Source: Octopus vulgaris (Eukaryota). From it: DNA of 64,000 nucleotides. This document shows, piece after piece, positions 52,041 through 64,000 of this stretch. The translations under genes were made by a program, and so were the position numbers. The stretch covers positions 69,316,001 through 69,380,000 of the forward strand of contig OX597816.1 of NCBI GenBank assembly GCA_951406725.2. The letters are read 5' to 3'. A model generated the notes under the pieces. It saw only the letters and a list, made by a program, of their open reading frames with translations, was not told the DNA's origin and did no database searches. The first letter of the stretch is position 1. Each line of letters starts with the position of its first letter.

Positions 52041-55000
52041 TTTTTTCTGGGCTTCCAAGATGTGTTTTCATTTTTCCCAATGTACTATAATTCAGCGTAA
52101 TCCTTGTTCCTGAGACATGTTCCATTTTTAGTTAACCATACTTAAACGTAGAAGTGAAATTTGAACCACCATATAATCACTGACCATTTTTATTAAGTAC
52201 TCTTTCTATTGCCAGTACGGCAGTTCCTTTGCAAAATTCTTATTTAAGAGTAAAATTTGACGAAATGCTGCTAAGCATTTTTCCGGACGCGCGATTGACT
52301 CCGCCAAATTAATATTAATATTTTGTATGACACTTAGCATATTTTCTGTTTTGGGAAATTATCGAGCGTAATTTGTTTTATGAGCTTAGTTCCTTTACTT
52401 GCTTAAGCCCTGTGTATTTGTAATGTTTTGGCATAGAAATTACTGGTGTCTGTGAAAGCTAATTTTATCATTTTGGTGATTTTCTATATCCTCCGGGAAA
52501 TAACTACTTCGTACATCTCCCCATATTAAAGAGATGCCATATGGAACCAAGCGCATTTTTCACATTTGATAGCATGTGTTTGTGCTTGTAACGTGTCCAG
52601 CTTTTATAAATTTCGTCATTCAACTGTTACAATCCTTTGAATCATCCTGCATTATATTAATAAATCCTTAATAACATTATCTGGATATATATTTCTTATC
52701 TCCTAATCCTAATCTATCTATCGGTGACCCCAAGTTTCTGTTAAAACGAGGGTATAACACAAGAAAATTGTAGAAGCAAATCGTTATTTTGCAAATATTC
52801 AAACATATTAAATTATATATTTTGTAACTAGTCGAGTTTAAAAGTATTTTGTGCTTAATTTACATATTTGATATTTCTATGTATAGTTAGCAAATTTTCA
52901 TATTTAATTGTTGCTATTATACGGATGCTTCTTAAGTAGGCGAGCTGGTAGAGCCATTAGAACATTGAAAAATGAGTTTATGCTATTTCTTTCTCATCTG
53001 TAAGCTCAAGTTCAAAGTACTGATGTAAGTGCAGTGTCTATTGTATCGACTTATTCTTTCGTCTTCAAGTTGCCGACATCGTGCTATATCGGAATCGATT
53101 AGATGCGTGTCCCAAAGGATACAGCTTAGTAAGGTTAACCACCACAAGAAAGTTCGTAGCTTGCCATTTAATTATCTTGAGATTATTCATTTACTCGTTA
53201 CTAACTGAACTTGGAATCATCACTATACTCCTGATCAAATATTTACTGAAAAATGCATCATTAAGTGTTCTTTAAAGAAATAGAGATTAAATTAAATTTC
53301 ACATTTGGTTTCTTAATAAATTGGGAAAAAGAAGCTCTGAAATATATTTTATTTTATCTGTTTCCATAATGGTTTTCAATTTATCTCGATGGATCTTATA
53401 TTATGCCAACTTCCCTGTAATTTTCAAATGAGCATCTCCTACCAAGAGTCTGCATTTCCATAGAAACATGAAATACTCAGATCCAAATGTAAACTAATGT
53501 GTAAATACAAGTGCAAAGGGAATCCAGTCATAGCGATCTCGTCATTGATTTTGAATTAGTGTCTTTCTGTAGGTATTAACGGAAGTATATCCCTTTTATT
53601 TTAGGTCAAAAAATATGTCATGGTGGAGATTTGATATTATTTCTCCCTGAACGAGCGACACTTTGTTACAATCACGTTTGTTTCTATATGTAGTATGTAC
53701 AATATCATTTTTCTATACATCATATACATAACGAAATAATATCATCATTCGATAGCGATATATAATGTCAAATAGTTTTTATATGTCATGCACATTATAG
53801 AGATCGTAGAATTATTACATAGACTGAATCACCTCATCTAAAGTTGTACTTATACGAATTTATTTCACAGTATTTCGCAACGCCAGTGAGTATAAACCCC
53901 ATTCATGTATTAAAAATATAGTTTACATCCCAATCAAGCTACCAGTCTTCAATAATTCCACGTAGGCCATTCCGAAGGGTTCTGTTTAATGCATCGCTTA
54001 TACCTGGTTGGTCATTGATCCACATGTGCGTAACGGTAATCTAGAGTTCACGCATTCCACATTAGATGGTATTGTGCTGAAGTATAATACATGTTCATTA
54101 CAAGTCATAACCAATTACGTTAATAGTTCATTTAAAGTGGTTCCGAATAATATTTTCCGATAAAATGCAAATACAACAAAAAAGAATTGCATATTTCCTT
54201 TGCCAGTTTAAATGGTGAAAACTAATGTCATTAAAAGGAGTGATATTCAATTAATTTTATCGGAATATTTGAAACTGTATTAAAAATATTGAACTATAAA
54301 ATGAAAACGAAATAAAATCTGTGGAAAATATTAAATTCTAAGTGAAGTGAATCTAACATTAATCTTATTCAACGTCATGAATTTTGGACGGTTTTCATTA
54401 ATTAGTCATATAAGGGGAAGGAGTTGGGGATAGGAGAATGTGGCTATAACCTTTAGAGACACTCCCAGGCTCAGGAGGATCGATATCGTTGATATTCGAT
54501 TTGAATTTCATCAAATCTAAGAGATAAAAGTAGGTGAGTATCGAGGTCCAGAGATGCGCATTTATTGTGCATTAAGCCTTAGGCTGAATCTAATTGTGTA
54601 AATTTGCTATCAAATTCATTGCACCTAAAAATTTACTCTCTTATGATTCTCAGATATCTCGAATTTATTTTAAACTCAAACACATACATAGATGCATAGA
54701 TACATACAAACAGAGGTACGTACACACACATGCACACACACACATATATATATATATATTATTTATATTTGAGGTTGGTTATAGTTTTTGCCAATTAACC
54801 GCACCAAATATGGCCAACAATATCTGTCTCAACACATCATTAATCTTGCAAACAGTACGGAAACCCACACAAACCCAGAAATGCACATAAACGTATACAA
54901 CACCCTCCGCAAACACCCCCCCCCCACACACACACACACTCACTCTTATACATACACACACATACATATAATATCTCATAATGAGGGAACTATTTTATAT

Positions 55001-55395
55001 GGAATAAGCATATAATGTAACTAGTACACGTGCATATATGATGTGAAGCAACCATTACACACACACACACATCATAATCATACATGATGATGATGGAGAT
55101 CATGATAATGTTGATGATGGTCAATGTCCGCATCCTTGACGGATGGTAGCCATCACACATTAAATAATGAGATTTATCGGATTTAAGACACAAAAGCTAG
55201 TCTGTCAGTCGCCATTGAAGTTACCAGACACAAATAGAGCAAAGCGACTGGTATTATTTTGAATTCTGATTCATAGAAATGCATCTTTTCTCTTGAAGAG
55301 TTACATTCCCCACTGGTTTATCAAAAATATCGCTGGCTTCCATTACCACTTGTATTTACATAAAGGAATACATACATTTATGTACACACACGCAC

Positions 55396-55454
<59 letters not shown>

Positions 55455-55459
<5 letters not shown>

Positions 55460-55783
55460 CTTTTTAATAATCTCTCAAGATTTTTTTCTGGAAACTGTTT
55501 TTAATATTTTCTTATTATTATCTGAGAATGTATATATGTATTGTAATTTTTGTGTCAAATATTTTAATGAACTTTTTAATATTTTCCCAAGATGTTTCCT
55601 TGTAAACTGTTTTTAACATGTTCTTATTATTATCAAAGAATGTATTTATGTATTGTAATATTTTGTGATAACCAGTACCTAACACAATAAAGCTTTTACA
55701 TGTTACTTTTGACAATCTTTTTCTTAAAATGTGAAACCGGTCAAGTGAATAAACATCTTTTAAAATTGCATTTTCAAACCTTC

Positions 55784-55790
<7 letters not shown>
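55455..55790 (+). mobile_element. (TA)n-embedded element with a ~112-bp direct repeat and a decayed HHR (55705-55746)
   Basis: atgaactttttaat...tattgtaat occurs twice (55455, 55567); actt-ttgacaa-...-GAAA-ccgg-t-c-aagt. Confidence 0.55.
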
Positions 55791-55827
<37 letters not shown>

Positions 55828-55839
55828 ATGCATATATGC

Positions 55840-55965
<126 letters not shown>

Positions 55966-56139
55966 TCATATATACGTTTGTGTGTATGTATGATCGTATG
56001 TATACACTTATATCACTTATATGTAATAATGATAATAGAAAGCACTTATAGGTTTTTATTTATTCCATCGATAATGTAAACTGTAGATATCACTGTCTCA
56101 CTAACACGGAACACCACACATCATCGCATAGATTGTCTA

Positions 56140-56490
56140 ATTACCATGTCCGTTTAAATGATATCTTTAAGTTAAAACAAGGAAAACCTCCCCAGTCACA
56201 GCCACGGTAACATTTCAAAGAAAAATTTAAAACCACGCGTAAAAATATCAACGTGCCAACTAACTCCTGGAAATATCTATGCATCAGATAAGGAGTTGTA
56301 TAGGAATCTGATACTGGTGTTAAAGAATTCGGGAACGACAGGATTGCATACAAAGACTTGAAACGTGCTTGCTAATTATATAGCATGTGTACTTGGGAAT
56401 GTCCGGAATGAGTCTCTGTTTCGTGTGACCAATGTGGTAGTGTCTGCATGTCAAAGGCTAGCCTGCTCAACCATTTGGATGGTCACGGAA
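56140..56490 (+). mobile_element. Decayed RTE-clade LINE 3' ORF fragment with C2H2 finger
   Basis: KLKQGKPPQSQPR*HFKEKFK..KNINVPTNSW resembles EL..GKR..G.P.KRFKD.LK..NI...SW. CDQCGSVCMSKASLLNHLDGH is the terminal zinc finger. Confidence 0.65.
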
Positions 56491-59400
56491 AAAAACCCTT
56501 CTGTCAACGTCATATCCAGCATGATCTCTCTTGCATCAAATGTATTGCTCAACCAGAGAATTCACTCCGCACTCAAAGCCAAAATATATAGAGAGCTACA
56601 TCTGGTGGGCTGACGTCTCATCGATGTGTAATTCCTTGGAAGTCCCTAACAGGCTAAAGGAGCCAATGAGACGTCATCAGTGGTGGTGAGGGATCTAAGC
56701 CGAGGGACTAAAGCCGAGCCGTTCCTTAGAGTGAAATGGATCGAGGAAGTGGTCTTATTCGATCACCAGTCGACTTACACCTTATATACATACATTTATA
56801 TACATACACATATGTGCATGAAGCTGTGTATATATGTATGTATGCATGTATGTATGTGTATGCATGTATGTATATATTTATGAATGTATGTATATATAAC
56901 TACATACACACACATATTTAGATACATATTATATACACACATAGAACCATACTTATACATGCATATTATACACACATACATATGTGGCAGTTAGTGTATG
57001 TATACGTATATGCATATATATATATGTGTGTGTGTGTGTGGCAGTTATGTATACAAATATATATATATAAATGTGCATATGCGCGTGTTTTCTTTATCGC
57101 AAATATTGCGGCCATTTCTTCCAGTTTAAGTGACACGTTGACACGTAATGGGTTTTGTGAAGGGGATGGTTAATTTATGTTCTGTTTAGATGTGATGCTG
57201 GACGTATGACTGAATGAGATAATGCGTCTGAATTGAATGGACTTTGCAGTTGCGATGTAGAAATTTCTAGTTAAAGATGCAGAATCCATTATACTGTCAG
57301 TATAATTTATATACACAAAAGAAAAAGTGTCAGTGTGATTCATAGACTGAGTCTTTGTTGAATGAGTGTTTATGAATGAAACGATTTTAATTCGCTGGTT
57401 CAGCTTGCTGCGATATTTCTCGATAATTCTGTATGTAAGTTGGTGTAAAATCTCAGATAAATGAGAAAATATTCTCCGATGTGATTCGAATTGATCAGCT
57501 ATTCATTAGAGCTGAAGCACATTGAGACCTTTGAGAATAGGCAGGGCTTTCGGATGCATCTATTAAGAAACGACGAAAGGAAGGTCATTTGTGCATGTGT
57601 ATATAGCGGTGGATAGGATATAGAATATTCGAGATATAACTGAAACACGGAGTCCTTCGGTGTTAACAGAAGTGAAGTGGGAAGAGGTGAGAATGACATA
57701 ACGTGCATACTTCATGCGGGGGAGGGAGTTCCTTTCAAGGTACTCTATCATAGGATACAATGGCTTGATTGAAAACTAGATTCATAGAAGAAAGTTTGGG
57801 TGGAGTGTATACGAGAAACACACAAAGGTCGATGCGAGAAATGCTCAAAGGTCGACTGATATCAAGAAAATAATAGCATTTCTTTACTGTGGTTATCTAA
57901 AGTGAGAAACCACTAATGTTTGACGTGAAAGGCATTTACATTAGAGTATTAGAGACGTATTTGCAGAAAGTAAAATAGACCGGTGTAAATGCAAAGAAGC
58001 GCATTGTGATATAGAATGGGCTTCCATTATGTGTATCTGAAAATTTTGAAGCAAGGACAATTAAATGATCTTTAGCAGGTCAGAGATTCTGCAATTCTAG
58101 TGAATGAAACAGAATGTTGTACGGTTCCAGGGAGCAAAATAGACTTCTTCATAAATGCAAAATTTTAAGGGAAAACACCTGAAGCTTTTTCACTCGCTCT
58201 AATCCCTATGAATAAGAAACCCACTTATTTCTTTCAATCAATGGAATTAAGAAGACTTCTAAAAAATACAGTGAAATAAATTCTTACCGCATGACGACAC
58301 ACGTTATGCAGAACAAATCACATACTGCACGGAACCCGCAGCAATAAAATGTGGGTAAACAGACTAATAACTCAGTAAAATTTATGCGTCGATATCACCT
58401 CGGCTGCGTTTAACAGGAATTTAAAAATAAGAGAAAACGAATTGAATATATATTTCGAAAATTGGCAAAGGACACACATTTTGGTGGGGGACATAAATGA
58501 TATTATCAATTCTAGTGGTTAGTAAGTCCGTATATTATTAAATTCAAAGTGAAGTGTTCCAAAGCTCATATTTGTAAACTTACACTCTAGTATTAAATAT
58601 AATAAAATCGTGGTATATTATGTTATATAGGGAATTGTATTGCATTGCATATGCTATAAGCTATGTGTTGTGGTATGTGGTGTTCTATATGTAATACTCC
58701 CCCATGATAACCCCTGCCTAGCTGGTCTGATTTCATCCTATTTGGTGATTAAACTATTTTCCATTCTATGATGTTCTACCCTGCTGATCATTTTATGTAT
58801 ATTTGTAGTGACTTCATGTAAGCAAGTCTCCTTTCGACTAACTCATAAACCCCCTAGAAACTATAAAATCATATATAGAATAACGCCTGTGATATTACAA
58901 AGTCTCTTCGGTCTGAATACCTTTAACTGCTCTCAATACTCCCACACCTATTACTCCTACTTTTCGGGTTAGCCTTATCTCTTCCATACCTCTAATTTTA
59001 ATCCCCTGTCTCTTTATATATAGGTTATATGTATTTCTTATTATTTTCTATAAATTCTTATTATTTTGTTTTCTTATTTTCATATTTTTCCTTATTAACC
59101 TCTTATCCCTTATAAACTGTTATTTTTCTTGTTCTTAAGTAATAATATTCAGTTCCTTAAGTCTATGCGCAATATTTATACTATATCCATTTAGACGAAT
59201 AAATATTTGTGCATGTGTATATACGTATATATGCACGGATATAAATGTGTCTATGCCGGTATGCATCTTCATATTTTTCTGATTCATAGCTTAAATTAAT
59301 AGATAGCATGTACATCTTTCCAGTTATTCCATAAGTAAATGCCCTGAGCAGTGTTTATAGAAACCACCTAATAAGTAATCAAGTCCATGAATGAATATTA

Positions 59401-60032
59401 AAGTGATTCTATATAATCGTCCTTCTTAATGTTTATAATTGATATATACACACCTTTTATATCAATGATATATATTATGATATCAATTTTAGAATTCTTA
59501 AACTTTATTTTTATACAACATAATAATATTGTTTATAGACATTCACCTATAGTGCCCCTAAATAAAATTTCCTGTGTATTAATATCTTAAGTTTCTTAGT
59601 GTCTTGCCTCTTGAATTGGTAATTAATATCATGATGTAAAGTCTACCCCTACCATACCTCTTATTATAGACAGTTTCTTATATCCAACTGACTACTCATG
59701 TCTTATTTCCTCCCTAGAGAAAAGGGATGCATATAATAATATTTATGATCATACATAGCCATGACGTGCCAACTCACTCTTGTCATTTATTCAAAATAGA
59801 CACAGTCTTCTAGTCTTAGATTTAGTAGTTGACAAAGAGATGAGTTAGAAATGAATTACAATCACTTACAACTCTATAACCCCACTATGCTCCATGCAAT
59901 TATTAGTCGTGTAGTCTATTCATAGCTACAATAGCTTCAACATGAATTTCTTCCACCTGCTTGCTCTGTTACAATATTTTAGAAAAATTATATTAATGTG
60001 GCCTACTTGCTAGAATTCCATTTATTTATTTG

Positions 60033-60118
60033 TGCAGCTGAAGATGGCACTGAATTTAAATTGATGTAATGATTGCATTGTTCAGTTAAATGGAGCTTCT
60101 TGAAACGGTGGTACTGCA
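60033..60118 (+). ncRNA. HHR motif with long, partly decayed stem II, just upstream of (TA)n
   Basis: Stem I tgcag/ctgca; CTGAAGA; internal ctgaa..ttcag pairing; GAAA; stem III AC-ggtg-GT; GUA triplet. Confidence 0.6.
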
Positions 60119-60166
60119 TCACTACCAGAAATCCTGTTGCATATTTTGATTTTATCTATCTATCTA

Positions 60167-60227
<61 letters not shown>

Positions 60228-61009
60228 ATAATGCAGTGATTGTTTCTTATCAGGAACAAAATGTTTAATAGGACTGCTATAGAAGTGCTCAATTAAATGA
60301 GACAAATATATTAAACTATGGTTTAAACTCGTGCATTAAATACAGTGATGTACCCCTGAAGTGGCCATAGGGAATTTAAATATGGGTTCTTTTTTGCTTG
60401 GACACTGGCTTTTAACTATAGATTTCCCCTATCTGAAAAGTAATTTTTAATGAGAAAAAAAAAATTCTAAACGATGAACTTTTATCTTACCGTATATAAT
60501 ATATATTACTTTTTTATATGCTTCCTATATATATATGTATTTTTATATATATTTCTTATATATCTGTATATTTATATGGATGCAACGCGGATTTTTGTCA
60601 GTGAACAGGTCGCGGATTTTAGCGACGAAAATATTTTGACAAATTAAACTTAAATGTTGAAGTGAATCGAACGGCTTTTGTGTGTTTCTTAAATGGCTTA
60701 CCAACACCTTCCACGCTGCAATTATATATTTATATATTACTTTATATTTTTACGTATTTATTATTCTAGGTGTTGTAATGTTTAAAAAAAATATATATTT
60801 CTTAATCGCTAAAGTATTAACCGTGATGAATTGTATTCACACATTTTTCTTGCATTTTCTTATATGTTTGTACTGATGAGTTGTGTTTCATCTTCCGTGA
60901 TGTTATACATGTATATTCTATGTGAAAGAAAAAAAGCATTACGTGATTAAATGTTCGAGATATGAAATGTTACGTGGATGACCTTGTATTTGTTTGTTCT
61001 GCAACCATA

Positions 61010-61051
<42 letters not shown>

Positions 61052-61109
61052 TACACACAGACATACGTACATACATATATGCGTGTGTGCACCTGCGACT
61101 GTGTGTATG

Positions 61110-61147
<38 letters not shown>

Positions 61148-61468
61148 AGGGCGCGTGGCTTAGTGGTTAGGGCATTCGGCTCATGATCGTAAGGTTGTGA
61201 GTTCGATTCCCGGCGACGCGTTTTGTCCTTGAGCAAGACACTTTATTTCACGTTGCTCCAGTCCACTCAGCTGGCAAAAATGAGTTGTACTTGTATTTCA
61301 AAGGGTCAGCCTTGTCACTCTCTGTGTCACGCTGAATATCCCCGAGAACTACGTTAAGGGTACACGTGTTTGTGGAATGCTCAGCCATTTGCACGTTAAT
61401 TTCACGAGCAAACTGTTCCGTTGATCGTATCACCTGGGACCCTCGTCGTCGTAACCGGCGGAGTCTTT
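61148..61468 (+). mobile_element. tRNA-derived SINE (head 2 + tail X)
   Basis: A box tggcttagtgg, B box gagttcgattcc; head matches 27870 and tail matches 26054-26236. Confidence 0.9.
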
Positions 61469-61470
61469 AG

Positions 61471-61509
<39 letters not shown>

Positions 61510-62264
61510 CGGGTGTGTAGCGTTGAGGGTGCGAATTTGTCTATAATCACAAATATGAAAAATGGAAGTCAGTATATCATTTGAGTACTTCATTTACAAT
61601 CTTTCCAGCATAATTCAATAAAACCAATCTTGCGTAATTTTGCAATCATTTCCTCCATAACATACGATGAACATGTTTGTTTGGGATTTTATGACAATTA
61701 CAATGCCGATCGATTCAGTAATTTTCAAAATATATGCATATCAATTTCACCGTGTCATTATGAACACATTCACAAAATAGAAACAAATTAAAGCAAGAAT
61801 TATTGAGAATGCATTACATTTTGGTGAAATTATTACCTGCCCTGTTTGCTGAAATTTTTGCCCGTCCCTATGGCGTTATATCCAGGTCTGCCTACTGCTA
61901 GAAAATAAGAGGTTAAGTTGCTCTGACCTTTTCATCAGCTTCTTTCATTTGCATTGCTGTCAGACAACTTCAAGTCGTATAATCTGTTAATAGAATCCGT
62001 TAACAAAGATAATTACGTCCCACAAAATACTTTCCTATTTTCAATCACTCTCGTGTCAATTTTACGAACACTTTCAGACACAAACTCGCACGCAGACATA
62101 CACACGTATTCACAGACATCAGCAGCTTTTTTACTTTCCCCCTCTCCTATTCTTTCTCTGTCGCATAGTAATGAAATTAAGAATTCATTTACCCATACGT
62201 TAAAACAAAAACGAATATATCTAAAGATATACATATTCATGAATATCACCACAGATATTTTCTT

Positions 62265-62556
62265 ATGTTGTTTTATTTAGAAATGGTCATTTTGCCAGAT
62301 TAGCCAATAAAAACACACGCACTATATATTTGGTGTTAATTTGCTTCAGTGTTATTTATTCTTTACATTAATCTTAATCTTATTTCGGCCAGAGTCCTTT
62401 CGTCACACTTCTGTGACCTCACCAGTGGTCCTTTGTTTTCTTATTTCTTATTTGTGTAAAAAATATATAATGCTGAAGCAAATTAACACCAAATATAGAG
62501 TGCGTGTGTTTTTATTGGCTAAACTGGCAAAATGACCATTCCTAAATACAACAACA
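62265..62556. repeat. Inverted repeat (~100-bp arms) whose spacer holds a minus-strand HHR-like motif (62387-62430)
   Basis: 62265-62367 mirrors 62455-62556. The spacer on the minus strand reads cca-CTGGTGA-g-gtcac-agaagt-gtgac-GAAA-g-ga-c-t-c-tgg. Confidence 0.8.
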
Positions 62557-64000
62557 TCTGTTTCAACACACGATTTTACATCAAGAATCTTGCAAAACAA
62601 ATATATAAACGATATTTTCTTAGTTACACTTATATCGACACACATGCACATTTGAATATTATGTTACATAAAGCAATATATAACGTGATTTTTAAGCGTG
62701 TTACTAGACATACCCTAAAATACTAGAGCGTTTACATATTCACACTCATACATATATATGCGGGCTTTCTTACAACTCCTGAGAGAATATATGTACATTT
62801 AATTCAAGCATATCAAACATAACAAGATTGTTTACTCTGAATTAGTATTAATTCATAAATATTTCACAGTATTCACACAGGCACACGAAAAAGATTGATA
62901 GATAGATTTATGCAACAGGAGTTCGTTATCGATCAAAGATTGAGTTACACAGGAAAATCCTAATTTCAGAGAATTCCTGTTCCACAGGTGGTATAGAAAA
63001 TATCCTACATAGCACATTAAAATTAGTCAAACGTTGCCGGAATGATTACAGCAGTACACAAGAGTGATCATACAGTATAACGATAAAACGATCGTAAACG
63101 ATGCATTGAAATGATTTCCTAGCTCCATTCGTTGATATATGTCATAATAAACACATCATGATCATTTGTAGATTTTTAGATTAATTGACTGATAGCGGGT
63201 ATCGGTGAAAATGCATATTTTTGTAAACAGAAGGGTTAATATGCGCCGACTCATCTATTATATATAGATGTGTATGTGTGTGTTTACATGTTTATGCGTG
63301 TGTGTTTACCATTCTTGTGTAAAACCGAAAAACTGTTATTCTACGAACGGAGTATCGCGTGAAATATACGAATAGCATTTATTTAGACACTCTCTTGTTT
63401 TAATGCTCTGAATCAGGCTGGCCACTTTCAAAACATGAAATCAATGACGCCGTTGTTCCGAAACTACGATATAATGTAAATAAAAATAAGTTATTGGGAC
63501 TCTGGTGCTCTTCTGATTTTGCTCTTCATTACAAAGTAAACAAAATGTTGTTATCTAATTGCCATTCTCAAATTAAAATCGATTGATCTTCAGAGAATAT
63601 AATTTATGGAAATCGTCTCTCATTCGATTTAAACTTTAATAAAATAATGCTTTAATTATTGCCGAAATAATTTTGAATGACTTTGTGGGAGATTAATTAG
63701 CTCCGGAATGTAAATAGTTAATTAATGATCAAATTAAGAAGTGTACAACTTTTGCACATTGAATATTTATTCACGTTTGTTGATGTCGGCCAGAGCTGTT
63801 GTTTAGCTTTAGAAAGAAGGTCTCGGAATATTTGCCCCAGAGCATTTAGTTGTTAATCTTTACGTTCTAATTTCAACTCCTAATATTTATCTGGATTGAA
63901 TTTTCTCCTCAGTTAGTACTTGACAAGCGGCGATGCATTTCAGCTTTTTATCTGATAAAAGAAATTTGTATCAACGGAGTTTCCTGAATGTGGGATATTA

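Noticed and set aside
57130-57760. Possible decayed LINE on the minus strand (LYLEYS resembling RPHLEY)
   Set aside because: A single weak motif; too degraded to call.
60873-60970. ctgatgag as an HHR core in a TA-flanked element
   Set aside because: No convincing GAAA plus stem III and stem I could be assembled.

Overview
AT-rich, microsatellite-saturated eukaryotic intergenic or intronic DNA. The tRNA-derived SINE families look like those of Octopus (cephalopod); this is my recognition, not a database result. No host protein-coding gene can be supported, and almost all ORFs in the track are microsatellite or SINE artefacts. Supported content: decayed LINE fragments (CR1-like, RTE-like), a decayed DD36E Tc1-type transposon, two Tc1/mariner MITEs, a non-autonomous Helitron, many SINEs, and a ~2 kb ORF1-only (CCHC) retroelement inserted into a SINE with a 15-bp TSD. 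The main signal is a set of minimal type I hammerhead ribozyme (HHR) motifs with palindromic stem III, mostly in short, often hairpin-forming elements in (TA)n tracts. The clearest case is a ~99% identical 3.1 x 560-bp tandem array with one well-formed HHR per unit (49747-51487), which resembles a retrozyme or circRNA-producing element. It lies next to a Penelope-like GIY-YIG remnant with inverted HHR-bearing arms. A tRNA-headed SINE also carries an intact HHR (~24813-25157). All structures were read by eye and none was computed.
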